64,000 nt of DNA from Myxococcota bacterium (GTDB lineage: Bacteria > Myxococcota_A > UBA796 > CAJQPC01). Position 1 is the first letter of the stretch, and the number at the start of each line of letters is the position of its first letter. Below the pieces are notes generated by a model, which searched no databases, was not told the DNA's origin, and saw nothing but the letters and a program-made list of their open reading frames with translations. The position numbers and the translations under genes are program-made. Positions 44,729-56,744 of the stretch are shown one piece after another. Location: the NCBI GenBank assembly GCA_036229005.1, contig JAZAMN010000070.1, positions 22,267 to 86,266 on the forward strand. The letters are read 5' to 3'.

Positions 44729-45847
44729 TCAGGGGGCGAGGAGTGCGTCCAGGGCAGGGGCCAGGTGGTGGGCCAGCCGGGTGAGGGCGGCCAGATCGTG
44801 CACATCCTCGGCCAGCTCGGGGACGGGCCAGAGACCCACCGGGCCGTGGGCCTGATTCTGCAGGGCCTCCAGGGCGCCGCGCTCACCGTCGACCAGCGCC
44901 TGCTGGGTGGAGAAGGCCTGGAGCAGGGCTGCGGTGGCGGCCTCCCAGGCTTGGGGGGCCATGTCTGCGGGGGGATCCGGGAGGGAAGCGGCGGCGATCT
45001 GCGCGTTGTGCGGGGGCACAGGCACGACCCGGTTGACCACGAACCCACCGAAGGGCCTCTGGGTGTCGGCGAGGAGATCGGCAAACTCCTGGGCCTCGGC
45101 GCGGGCCGCGGGGGCGGGCGTGGTGACGAGCAGGAAGCGGGTCTCCTCGGAGCCCAGGAGCGCGTCGACGGCCTGGGAGCGCTCCTGGAAGCCACCCCAG
45201 AGGTCCTGCATGGCGTCGAAGAACTCGGCGATGTCGCCCATGGTGCCCGCGCCGATCAGCCGCTTGAGGATGCTGGTGACCATCTCGGAGCCGCGCTCCA
45301 GGGCCTTGAAGCCGCGGGTGTTGCGGGGGAGGGAGAGCCAGTGCATCACGCCCTCGTCGAAGAGGCCGGCCATGCGCTGGGGGGCGCTGAGGAACTCCAT
45401 GGCGTGGCGCGTGGGGGGCGTGTCCAGCAGGATGATGTCCCACTCGCGGGACTCGTAGAGCTCGAGCAGGCGCTGCATGGCCATGTACTCGTGGCTGCCG
45501 GCCAGGCGGGTGGAGGCGAGCTGGTAGTAGCGGTTGTCCAGGATGCGCTGGCGGGCCTTGGGGGAGGGGGCGAAGCGCTCGACCACGCCGTCCCAGGTGG
45601 ACTTCATGTCCAGCATCATGGCGTCCAGGTGGCCGCCGGGCGCGCCGGAGAGCCCGTCCAGGGGGACCCGCTGGGGATCGTTGGAGAGGGGGCCCACCGA
45701 GAGGGAGTCGGCCAGACGCCGGGCCGGGTCGATGGTGAGCACGGCGACGCGCTTGCCCCGCAGAGCCAGGCCCAGGGCCATCGCGGCAGAGGTGGTGGTC
45801 TTGCCGACGCCGCCGGAGCCGCAGCAGACGATCACGCGCGGGGTCAT
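44729..45847 (-). CDS. ArsA/Get3-family ATPase (Rv3680/BagB-like)
   Basis: GSGGVGKTT, TIDPARRLAD, LDTPPTRHA. Confidence 0.9.
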   Translation of the reverse strand: MTPRVIVCCGSGGVGKTTTSAAMALGLALRGKRVAVLTIDPARRLADSLSVGPLSNDPQRVPLDGLSGAPGGHLDAMMLDMKSTWDGVVERFAPSPKARQRILDNRYYQLASTRLAGSHEYMAMQRLLELYESREWDIILLDTPPTRHAMEFLSAPQRMAGLFDEGVMHWLSLPRNTRGFKALERGSEMVTSILKRLIGAGTMGDIAEFFDAMQDLWGGFQERSQAVDALLGSEETRFLLVTTPAPAARAEAQEFADLLADTQRPFGGFVVNRVVPVPPHNAQIAAASLPDPPADMAPQAWEAATAALLQAFSTQQALVDGERGALEALQNQAHGPVGLWPVPELAEDVHDLAALTRLAHHLAPALDALLAP

Positions 45848-46770
45848 TGGGCGCTCCCGCCGAGCTGGGTGTAGAGGCTGTCGGCCAGGGCTTGGATGTC
45901 CTGGGCGTGCAGGTCGCGCTGGCCGCGGAAGGGGAGCTCGGCGCGGGGGCAGGGGAGGGCGCTGAGGCGCTCGCGGGCTTGCTCCTGGCGGGCGATGCGG
46001 GCCATCTGACGGTCGGTGAGCGCGACGGCGGCCTGGAGCGCGGGGCTGTCCAGGTGGGGGCGGGCGGCCTTCCACTGGGCCCAGGTGGCTGGGCTGGCAT
46101 GCACCTCGTTGAGGACGCAGAGCTGGACCTGGCGCTGGTAGCTGCCCAGGCGGCTGTGCAGATCCAGGGTCTCGTTGACGGGCATCTGGCCGCTCAAGGT
46201 CACGAGCACGACGCCGGTGCGGACGGGGTCCTCCCACATCTCGCGCACCAGCCTGGCGTTGTCGTGGAAGGGGCCGGCGCCGGTGAGCTCCATCATGGAG
46301 GCGGGCGCGGAGAGCATGGTGAGCCCGTGGCCGGTGGCCGGCGCGTCCAGGATGATGAGGTCCCAGTCGGGGCGGCCCAGGGTGCGGCTGCGCTCCAGGT
46401 CCATGACCTTGCCGAGCTGGATGAGCTCGTGCAGGCCCGGGACGGCGTCCATGAAGGGGCCCATGATGCGGTTGCGGAACACCATCTTGTAGAGCGCCCG
46501 CACCTTGATGACGCCGACGATGTACTCCTCGAGCGCCTTCTCGCTGGTGATGCTCAGGTGGTGCAGGCTGCCCATCAGGGGCTGAACGCTGTAGTCCAGG
46601 GCCGGGCGGCCGAAGATCCCCGGCAGGCGCTGGGCCCCGTGGGTCTCGCAGACCAGCACCGTCTTGCCCATGCGGGCCGCGGCCAGGCCCAGGGTGAGGC
46701 TCAGGGTGGACTTGCCCACGCCTCCCTTGCCGGTGACCAGCAGCACGCGCTTGTCCAGGAGGCTCTTCAC
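45844..46770 (-). CDS. ArsA/Get3-family ATPase (Rv3679/BagA-like)
   Basis: TGKGGVGKST, PGLHEL, DAPATGHG. Confidence 0.88.
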   Translation of the reverse strand: MKSLLDKRVLLVTGKGGVGKSTLSLTLGLAAARMGKTVLVCETHGAQRLPGIFGRPALDYSVQPLMGSLHHLSITSEKALEEYIVGVIKVRALYKMVFRNRIMGPFMDAVPGLHELIQLGKVMDLERSRTLGRPDWDLIILDAPATGHGLTMLSAPASMMELTGAGPFHDNARLVREMWEDPVRTGVVLVTLSGQMPVNETLDLHSRLGSYQRQVQLCVLNEVHASPATWAQWKAARPHLDSPALQAAVALTDRQMARIARQEQARERLSALPCPRAELPFRGQRDLHAQDIQALADSLYTQLGGSAQ

Positions 46771-47633
46771 TCCTCTGCTCCGCTGCTCTTGGTGGGGGTG
46801 CTCTCGGTGGGGGCGTTCTGGGGCGGGGCGCTCAGCAGCGCGCAGACGCGGTCCAGGGACTGGGTGTTGCCCAGCAGATCCAGGTGGCCGACCAGCCGCA
46901 GCGCGGTCTGCCCGTGGGGGGCGCGGTCCAGCCAGTCCGGGGCGGCGCTGTGCGTGGGGACCACGAGCTGGTCCTGGTAGCTCCAGATCGCGTGGGTGGG
47001 GACCTGGGGCTCTCGGAGTTCTTGGACCACCTTCGAGCCTGGGACCAGCAGATCACTGTCCGGCAACCAGGGCACCAGCGAGGCCATGCGGGTGCCGCCC
47101 CAGGGGGTGCCCAGGGTGACGAGGCGTCGGACGCGGGCTGCGCCCCCCAGCTCCTGGATGTACCAGGCCGCGATCAGCCCGCCCATGGAGTGGGCCACGA
47201 TGTCGACCTGCGGGCTGTGGGCCACGCGGCAGAGGCGCTCGACCTCGGCGGCCAGGGCCCGGGCGTGGGGATCGATGCCGCCCCCGGGGCGGGCGCGGTT
47301 GATGGCGTGCACCCAGCGCCAGCCGCGGCGGCGGAGCAGGGCCTGGAGCGCCCAGAGGCAGCTCCGGTTCATGCCGAAGCCGGGGACCAGGATCACGGGG
47401 ACCTTTCGGGGGCCTCCGGGATCGCCCAGCTCGGGGTGGCGGTCGCCGCTGCCCAGGGGCCAGATTGCGAGGGCCAGCATGTTGGCGCTGATCTCGCGCA
47501 GCAGCATGCTCAGCCAGGCCAGGGTCAGGCGCGGCGGGTGTCCGCGCTCGGCGGAGAGGACGAGGAAGCCGGCGAGCACGGGCACTGCGCAGCCCAACGC
47601 GAACAGGGCCAGCAGTGTCATCGTCACAGGCAT
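46767..47633 (-). CDS. Membrane-anchored alpha/beta hydrolase (lipase/esterase)
   Basis: N-terminal hydrophobic segments; VAHSMGG nucleophile elbow; TLGTPWGG; D and GH triad candidates. Confidence 0.85.
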   Translation of the reverse strand: MPVTMTLLALFALGCAVPVLAGFLVLSAERGHPPRLTLAWLSMLLREISANMLALAIWPLGSGDRHPELGDPGGPRKVPVILVPGFGMNRSCLWALQALLRRRGWRWVHAINRARPGGGIDPHARALAAEVERLCRVAHSPQVDIVAHSMGGLIAAWYIQELGGAARVRRLVTLGTPWGGTRMASLVPWLPDSDLLVPGSKVVQELREPQVPTHAIWSYQDQLVVPTHSAAPDWLDRAPHGQTALRLVGHLDLLGNTQSLDRVCALLSAPPQNAPTESTPTKSSGAEE

Positions 47634-47721
47634 GTGCCGGACCTAACCCGAACGGCGCAAGCGGTCCCTTGAACGGGTGCCGGGTCGATGGTTAGCGGCA
47701 AGGCATCCAAGGAGCGTTCCC

Positions 47722-48024
47722 GTGCCCATCTACGAGTACCGGTGCCCGGACTGTGGCCACCAGTTCGAGGCCATCCAGAAGATGTCGGACGACCCCATCA
47801 AGCTCTGCCCCGAGTGCGGGAAGGAGCAGGTCACCAAGCTGCTGTCCCAGACGGCCTTCCACCTCAAGGGTGGGGGCTGGGCCACGGACAACTACGGGCT
47901 CAAGTCGGGCAGTGGGTCCTCGTCTGCGGGCTCGAGTGGCGGGGAGTCCGGCGGGAGCAGCAGCTCCAGCGGTGGGGCCGCGAGCTCTACCAGCACCCCT
48001 TCTTCCTCCTCTTCCGGAGACTGA
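47722..48024 (+). CDS. FmdB-family zinc-ribbon protein with Ser/Gly-rich tail
   Basis: MPIYEYRCPDCG...CPECG...FHLKGGGW; SD AAGGAG. Confidence 0.92.
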   Translation: MPIYEYRCPDCGHQFEAIQKMSDDPIKLCPECGKEQVTKLLSQTAFHLKGGGWATDNYGLKSGSGSSSAGSSGGESGGSSSSSGGAASSTSTPSSSSSGD

Positions 48025-48026
48025 CC

Positions 48027-48878
48027 ATGGCGACCCTGCTCGACGGCCGCGCGCTGGCCAAGCGCCTGAATCAAGGCAGCGTGAAGCCCCAGGCGGCGAC
48101 TCTTCGGGAGTCCCTGGGCCGCCCCCCCGGGCTGGCCGTCGTGCTGGTGGGCGAGGACCCCGCCTCCGAGGTCTACGTGCGCCGCAAGCACCTGGTCGCC
48201 GAGCGGGTGGGCTTCCTGCACCGGCAGATCACCAAGCCGGCGGACATCAGCCAGCAGGAGCTGATGGACCTGGTCTCCGCGCTGAACAATGACCCGGAGA
48301 TTGACGGCATCCTGGTTCAGATGCCGCTGCCCAGGCACCTGGACGCGACCGAGATCCTGGACCACATCGACCCCGCCAAGGATGTCGACGGCTTCCACCC
48401 GGTGAACACCGGGCTGCTCTCCCAAGGCCGCCCGGCTTTCGTGGCCTGCACGCCGCTGGGGGTCATGAAGCTGATCGAGTCCGCGGAGATCCCGCTGTCC
48501 GGCAAGGAGGCGGTCGTGGTCGGTCGCTCCAACATCGTGGGGCGCCCCATGGCCATGCTGCTGGAGCAGGCGGGCTGCACCGTGACCGTGTGCCACAGCC
48601 GCACCGCCGACCTGGAGGCCCACGTGCGCCGGGCCGAGGTGCTCGTGGTCGCCATCGGCCGCCCGGACTTCATCCCCGGGGAGTGGGTGCGGGAGGGCGC
48701 TGTGGTGCTGGACGTCGGGATCAACCGCCGGGAGGACGGCAGCCTCTGCGGCGACGTGGACTTCGAAGGTGCCAGCGAGCGCGCCGGGTGGATCACCCCG
48801 GTCCCGGGCGGCGTGGGGCCCATGACCATCGCCATGCTCATGCACAACACCCTGCGCGCAGCCCAGCAGCGCGCCTGA
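48027..48878 (+). CDS. folD: Methylenetetrahydrofolate dehydrogenase/cyclohydrolase
   Basis: ASEVYVRRK, KDVDGFHP, GRSNIVGRP, TPVPGGVGPMT. Confidence 0.97.
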   Translation: MATLLDGRALAKRLNQGSVKPQAATLRESLGRPPGLAVVLVGEDPASEVYVRRKHLVAERVGFLHRQITKPADISQQELMDLVSALNNDPEIDGILVQMPLPRHLDATEILDHIDPAKDVDGFHPVNTGLLSQGRPAFVACTPLGVMKLIESAEIPLSGKEAVVVGRSNIVGRPMAMLLEQAGCTVTVCHSRTADLEAHVRRAEVLVVAIGRPDFIPGEWVREGAVVLDVGINRREDGSLCGDVDFEGASERAGWITPVPGGVGPMTIAMLMHNTLRAAQQRA

Positions 48879-48967
48879 TTCGGTCAAGGCGTCGTCTGGC
48901 TTGCCCGGGCGCGCCGACCTGCACCGCTGGCCTTGATAGGCTGCGCCTCCAAGCCAAGGAGCCCCCC

Positions 48968-50068
48968 GTGTCGCTTCGCCGCACGCCCTTCTTTGAGGAA
49001 CACCAGGCCGCGGGCGCCAAGCTCGTGGACTTCGCTGGCTGGGAGATGCCCGTCAGCTACGCCGGGACCCTGGCGGAGCACAAGCAGGTGCGCGAGAGCG
49101 TCGGCCTCTTCGACGTCTCCCACATGGGCGAGATCCGGGTCGCCGGTCCGCACGCGCTGGACGCCCTGCAGCACCTGGTCTCCAACGACGTCTCCAAGGT
49201 GGCCGTCGGGCAGAGCCAGTACGCCGCGCTGATGAACGCCGACGGCGGCATCGTGGACGACCTCTTCCTGTACCGCCTGGCGCCGCAGGACTGGCTGGTG
49301 TGCGTGAACGCCTCCAACCGCGAGAAGGACTTCGCCTACATCCAGGAGAACAACCCCTTCGGCGCCACTCTGGTGGACGAGGGCGATGCCTGGGCCCAGG
49401 TCGCCATCCAGGGCCGCAACGGCCCCAAGGTCGTGCAGCTCTTGATGGACCGCCCCGTGCTGGACATGGAGCGTGGGGCCATCCGCCAGGGGACCTTCGC
49501 GGGGGTGCACGGCTGCTTGGTCGCCCGCACCGGCTACACCGGCGAGGACGGCTTCGAGATCTTCATCCCCGCGCCGGACGCGGCCCCGACCTGGCAGCGC
49601 ATCCTGGGGGTCGGCAAGGAGTTCGGCATCGTGCCGGTGGGCCTGGGCGCGCGGGACACCCTGCGCCTGGAGGTCCGCAACGTCTTGTACGGCAACGACA
49701 TCGACGACGGGACCAGCCCCCTGGAAGCCGGCCTCGGCTGGATCACCAGGTTGGACAAGGGAGACTTCATCGGGCGCGAGGCCCTGGTGAAGCAGAAGGA
49801 GGAGGGCGTGCCCTTCCGCCTGGTCGGGCTGGTGGTCGACAAGCGCATCGCCCGCCAGGGCTGCACCCTACTGAACACGGACGGCGACCCCGTGGGTCGA
49901 GTGACCTCCGGTACGCGCAGCCCCAGCCTGGGAACCAACATCGCCTTGGGCTACGTCAAGGCCGAGAAGGGCAACGCCAAGCCCGGAAACACCTTGCTGG
50001 TGGACATCCGGGGGAAGCAGGCCCAGGCCACCGTCGTCAAGGGACCCTTCTACTCCCGCCCCTACTGA
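48968..50068 (+). CDS. gcvT: Glycine cleavage aminomethyltransferase T
   Basis: FAGWEMPV, FDVSHMGE, RTGYTGEDGFE, GLGARDTLRLE. Confidence 0.96.
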   Translation: MSLRRTPFFEEHQAAGAKLVDFAGWEMPVSYAGTLAEHKQVRESVGLFDVSHMGEIRVAGPHALDALQHLVSNDVSKVAVGQSQYAALMNADGGIVDDLFLYRLAPQDWLVCVNASNREKDFAYIQENNPFGATLVDEGDAWAQVAIQGRNGPKVVQLLMDRPVLDMERGAIRQGTFAGVHGCLVARTGYTGEDGFEIFIPAPDAAPTWQRILGVGKEFGIVPVGLGARDTLRLEVRNVLYGNDIDDGTSPLEAGLGWITRLDKGDFIGREALVKQKEEGVPFRLVGLVVDKRIARQGCTLLNTDGDPVGRVTSGTRSPSLGTNIALGYVKAEKGNAKPGNTLLVDIRGKQAQATVVKGPFYSRPY

Positions 50069-50084
50069 GCATCAGGAGCATCCG

Positions 50085-50480
50085 ATGAGTGACGTGAACT
50101 ACCCCACCGATCGCAAGTACAGCCAGGAGCACGAGTGGGTCACCGTCGACGGTGACATCGCCACCGTGGGCATCACCCACCACGCGCAGGCCGCCCTGGG
50201 CGACATCGTGTTCATCGACATGCCGGAGGTCGGCGCCGACATCGAGGCCCACACCAGCGTGGCCGAGATCGAGTCCGTCAAGGCCGTCTCCGACGTCTAC
50301 ACCCCTGTCAGCGGCAACGTGACCGAGGTCAACGAGGCCCTGGACGGCGAGGAGGAGACCGTGAACAGCGACCCCCACGGCGCCGGCTGGCTCTTCAAGG
50401 TCAAGCTCTCCGACCCCGCTGAGATCGACACGCTGATGGACGCCGCTGGCTACGCCGCGTTCTTGGCCGACCAGGACTGA
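50085..50480 (+). CDS. gcvH: Glycine cleavage H protein
   Basis: HEWV, LGDIVF, lipoyl site ESVKAVSD. Confidence 0.97.
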   Translation: MSDVNYPTDRKYSQEHEWVTVDGDIATVGITHHAQAALGDIVFIDMPEVGADIEAHTSVAEIESVKAVSDVYTPVSGNVTEVNEALDGEEETVNSDPHGAGWLFKVKLSDPAEIDTLMDAAGYAAFLADQD

Positions 50481-50586
50481 AAGGCACAGGGCGTGCCCTG
50501 CGGGGTGCGCCCGGGTGACCTCGCTTGGGCCCCGAACCAGTTCCCACATTCCGACCGCTCGAGCAGCCCTCGAGGGTGAGGCCGAT

Positions 50587-53463
<2,877 letters not shown>

Positions 53464-53483
53464 GGGCCGCCTGCGCCGGGGGG

Positions 53484-53527
53484 AAGAGAGGGCGTCGGGG
53501 CTTGCATCCCGGCGCTCTTTTTTCTTT
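53484..53527 (+). terminator. Intrinsic terminator after gcvP
   Basis: AGAGGGCGTCGGG/CCCGGCGCTCT hairpin followed by a T-run. Confidence 0.7.
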
Positions 53528-53539
53528 GGGGCCGGTTAG

Positions 53540-53571
53540 TTATTGACCACTCAATAAGGGTTTGCTATCGA
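53540..53571 (+). promoter_or_regulatory. Putative TetR operator overlapping a promoter
   Basis: Perfect inverted repeat TTATTGA-CCAC-TCAATAA (53540-53557) over -35 TTGACC; TGc-TATCGA 17 bp downstream. Confidence 0.7.
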
Positions 53572-53596
53572 GGGGTCAGTAACCCTGGAGGCCGCC

Positions 53597-54187
53597 CTGG
53601 CCAGACCCCGCGAGACCACTGACGAAGAGATCCTGGAGGCCGCCCGCGAGGTGTTCCTGGAGCACGGGGCTGGCGTCGCGACCGCCGTGGTGGCCCGGCG
53701 TCTGGGCGTGAGCGCAGCGGCGCTCTTCCACCGCTTTGGGAGCAAGCGCAACCTGGTGTTGCGGGCGCTGACCCCCCAGCTCCCGGACTTCGAGGCGATC
53801 GAGGCCGGCCCGGACGCCCGGCCCATCCCAGAGCAGCTCCGGGAGATCGGCCTGGAGGTGAGCCAGCGGCTGCGCAAGATGGGGCCCCGAATGGCGGCGC
53901 TGCGGTCGGCGGGGCTCAGCCCAAAGGACTGCTTCGACCACTTTGAGGAGCCGCCCCCGCTGCGGCTGCACAAGAGCCTGACGCGCTGGTTCCAGCTCGC
54001 GATCGAGCAGGGGAGGGTGCGCCCCGGGGACGCCGGGTGCTATGCCATGGCCTTCCTGGGGGGCCTGAACAGCCGACACTTCTTCACCCACTTCCTGCAG
54101 GTGGAGCCTGAGCTCCCGCAGGAGGGATTCGTCGACAGCATCGTCGACACCATCTGCGCAGGGTGCCTGCCGCCGGAGGACCGCTGA
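53597..54187 (+). CDS. TetR/AcrR family regulator (probable CTG start)
   Basis: ARPRETTDEEILEAAREVF...VARRLGVSAAALFHRFGSKRNL HTH. Confidence 0.85.
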   Translation: MARPRETTDEEILEAAREVFLEHGAGVATAVVARRLGVSAAALFHRFGSKRNLVLRALTPQLPDFEAIEAGPDARPIPEQLREIGLEVSQRLRKMGPRMAALRSAGLSPKDCFDHFEEPPPLRLHKSLTRWFQLAIEQGRVRPGDAGCYAMAFLGGLNSRHFFTHFLQVEPELPQEGFVDSIVDTICAGCLPPEDR

Positions 54188-55611
54188 TGGGCGTGAGCCT
54201 GCTACTCCTTTCCCTCGCGACGGCGCTCGCCGGCTACGGGGACCGCATCGTCATCATCGAAGGCGGGGAGGCCTTCTCGGCCGGCCCCTCCCAGGAGGTC
54301 AGCCAGGCCCCCTGGTGGCAGAGCTTCGGTGAGCCCACCCTGCAGGGCCTCGTGGAGTCCGGCCTCTCCGACAGCCCCGCGCTGGCCTCCGGGCAGGCGC
54401 GCGTGGACGCGGCCCAGGCTCAGTCCTGGGCGGTGCTCTCGCCGGTGCTCCCGCAGGTCAGCGTGGACTTCGGGCACCAGATCAAGCCCTGCCCGGAGAT
54501 CGGCTTCGCGATCTGTGACTTCACCGTCCCCACCGACGAGAACGGCATCCCCACCCAGGAGGTCCCGGACACCTACGCGCAGGGCAGCCTGTACCTGAAC
54601 GCGGGGATGAACCTGGATCTCTTCGGGGCCTCCTACAACAGCAACAAGGCCTCCCGCCTGGAGGCCGCGGCCGCCGGTGGCGACGTGGAGGCGCAGGCCC
54701 TGATGCTCTCCGTTCAGGTCGGCGGGGCCTACCTGGACTGGCTCACCGCCGCCGAGCAGCTCGCCCTGGTCGAGCGCCAGCTCCGGCTCAACCAGGAGCT
54801 GCTGGAGATCGTGGAGCTGAACTACCAGGCCAGCACCTCCACCGCGGTGGACCTGCTCCAGCAGCGGCAGTCCCTGGCCCAGGTGCAGACCTCGCTGCCC
54901 TCGGCGCAGGCCCAGCTCCGCCTCCAGGAGCAGCAGCTCGCGGTGCTCACGGGGCAGGACCCCTCCCAGCGCATGGATCTGTTGGTGCAGCCACTGCCGG
55001 AGCTGCCGGCCAGCCCCGCGCTCGGCGCTCCACGGGATCTGTGGGAGAACCGCCCGGATCTGCGCGCCGAGATGGCCCGCCTGGAGGCCGCCCAGCGCCG
55101 CGAGAAGGCCAGCGTGCGCGGCGCGCTGCCCACCGTGGGCGTCAGCGGCCAGACCGGCTGGTCCTACCAGGACATCTACGACATGGAGAGCCAGCAGCAG
55201 TGGACCGTGGGCGCGAGCGTCTCGGTGCCCATCCTCTCCGGAGGCGCCAACGCCTCCGCGGTGTCGGCAGCCCGCGCCAGCACGGACGCGGCCGCGCACA
55301 CCGCGAACAACGCCTTCCTCAGCGCTGTCGCCGAGGTCGAAGGGGCCATCGCCCAGGAGCAGGCCGCCGTGGCCGCCTGGCAGGCCGCCCAGACCCAGGC
55401 CGAGGCCGCTGAGCTCGCGTACCAGGCCGCCCTGACCCAGTACCAGAACGGGCACGGCAGCTACCTGCAGCTCTCCCAGCTGCTCGCCACCCACTTCCAG
55501 GCGGAGCTCTCTGAGCTCTCCGCACACCGCAGCGCCCTGGGCGCGCGCCTCACCCTCCACCAGGCCCTCGGTGGGTCCTGGACCGCCACCTGGACGGAGT
55601 CCGCAGAATGA
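54187..55611 (+). CDS. TolC-family outer-membrane efflux protein
   Basis: PWWQSFGEPTL, NRPDLRAE, LHQALGGSW. Confidence 0.9.
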   Translation: MGVSLLLLSLATALAGYGDRIVIIEGGEAFSAGPSQEVSQAPWWQSFGEPTLQGLVESGLSDSPALASGQARVDAAQAQSWAVLSPVLPQVSVDFGHQIKPCPEIGFAICDFTVPTDENGIPTQEVPDTYAQGSLYLNAGMNLDLFGASYNSNKASRLEAAAAGGDVEAQALMLSVQVGGAYLDWLTAAEQLALVERQLRLNQELLEIVELNYQASTSTAVDLLQQRQSLAQVQTSLPSAQAQLRLQEQQLAVLTGQDPSQRMDLLVQPLPELPASPALGAPRDLWENRPDLRAEMARLEAAQRREKASVRGALPTVGVSGQTGWSYQDIYDMESQQQWTVGASVSVPILSGGANASAVSAARASTDAAAHTANNAFLSAVAEVEGAIAQEQAAVAAWQAAQTQAEAAELAYQAALTQYQNGHGSYLQLSQLLATHFQAELSELSAHRSALGARLTLHQALGGSWTATWTESAE

Positions 55612-56741
55612 AGACCGCAGTCAAGATCCTGGCCGCCCTCGGGACCGTCGCTTCGGGCGTCGCGGTCACCGCCATGCTCGTGGCCTTCAAGGACAAGGGC
55701 ACCCCGCAGGACGTCGAGCCCCCCATTCCCGTGGTCACGGCCGTCGCGCTGGAGCGGGGGAGTGCGCCGGCGAGCGTGCACGCCACCGGCCAGGTCCAGG
55801 CCCGCAAGCAGGTGGTGATCGTCCCGCAGATCAGCGGCAAGGTCCTCAGCGTCGCGGAGCACCTGGAGCCGGGCGGTCGCTTCGGCAAGGGCGAGCGCTT
55901 CGCCCAGGTGGACGCCCGCGACTACCGCGCCCAGCTCTCCCAGGCGGAGGCCGCGCTGGCCGCCGCCGAGCTCGAGCTCTCCGTGGAGCAGGGCCGCCAG
56001 GTCACCGCCAAGCGCGAGTGGGAGCTGGTCGGTGGGCAAGGGCAGGGCGCTCTGGCCCGCCGCGAGCCCCACCTGCAGGTCGCCCAGGCCAACAAGGCCT
56101 CCGCGGAGGCCGGCGTGGACGTGGCCAAGGCCAACCTGGGGCGCACCACCCTGAGCGCGCCCTTCCCGGGCGTCGTGCTCAGCGAGTCCCTGGACGTCGG
56201 TCAGGTCGTAGGGCCCAGCACCCAGGCCGTGACCTTCGCGGGGACCGAGGCCTTCCGGGTGCAGGTCTCCGTCCCGGTGGACCAGCTCGGGCTGGTGGAC
56301 ATCCCTGGCGTGACCTCGACGGCGGGCTCCAGTGTCACGGTGACGCAGCCGGGCGCCGATGTGAAGCGGTCTGGACGGGTCGTGGGGATGGCCGGATCCC
56401 TCGACACCGAGACCCGCACCGCGACCCTGCTCGTGGACGTCCCCAACCCCCTGGATCCGCCCCCGGGGCAGCTCCCCCTGCTGCTCGGCGCCTTCGTGGA
56501 CGTGGAGATCCAAGGGCGTGAGGTGCAGGAGGCCGTGGCCATCCCCCGCGAGGCCCTGCGCGACGGCGGCAAGGTGTTCGTGGCCCAGGCCGACAACACC
56601 CTGCACATCGAGGAAGTCCAGGTCGCGTGGTCGGGCCCCGAGCGGGTGTTCGTTTTGGGCGAGTTCGGCGAGGCGGACCGGGTCGTGACCTCGTCTCTGA
56701 GCTACCCGCTGGAGGGCATGGCCCTGCAGGTGCAGGAGTAG
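55608..56741 (+). CDS. RND efflux periplasmic adaptor
   Basis: N-terminal TM; PQISGKV, LSAPFPGVV, LDTETRT. Confidence 0.92.
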   Translation: MKTAVKILAALGTVASGVAVTAMLVAFKDKGTPQDVEPPIPVVTAVALERGSAPASVHATGQVQARKQVVIVPQISGKVLSVAEHLEPGGRFGKGERFAQVDARDYRAQLSQAEAALAAAELELSVEQGRQVTAKREWELVGGQGQGALARREPHLQVAQANKASAEAGVDVAKANLGRTTLSAPFPGVVLSESLDVGQVVGPSTQAVTFAGTEAFRVQVSVPVDQLGLVDIPGVTSTAGSSVTVTQPGADVKRSGRVVGMAGSLDTETRTATLLVDVPNPLDPPPGQLPLLLGAFVDVEIQGREVQEAVAIPREALRDGGKVFVAQADNTLHIEEVQVAWSGPERVFVLGEFGEADRVVTSSLSYPLEGMALQVQE

Positions 56742-56744
56742 GCC

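Noticed and set aside
44729..46770. Arsenic resistance operon
   Set aside because: No arsB, acr3, arsC or arsR; motifs match the Get3-like paired ATPases
48879..48967. Glycine riboswitch upstream of gcvT
   Set aside because: Region is too short and lacks the GGAGA/CCGAAG/CTCAGG core motifs
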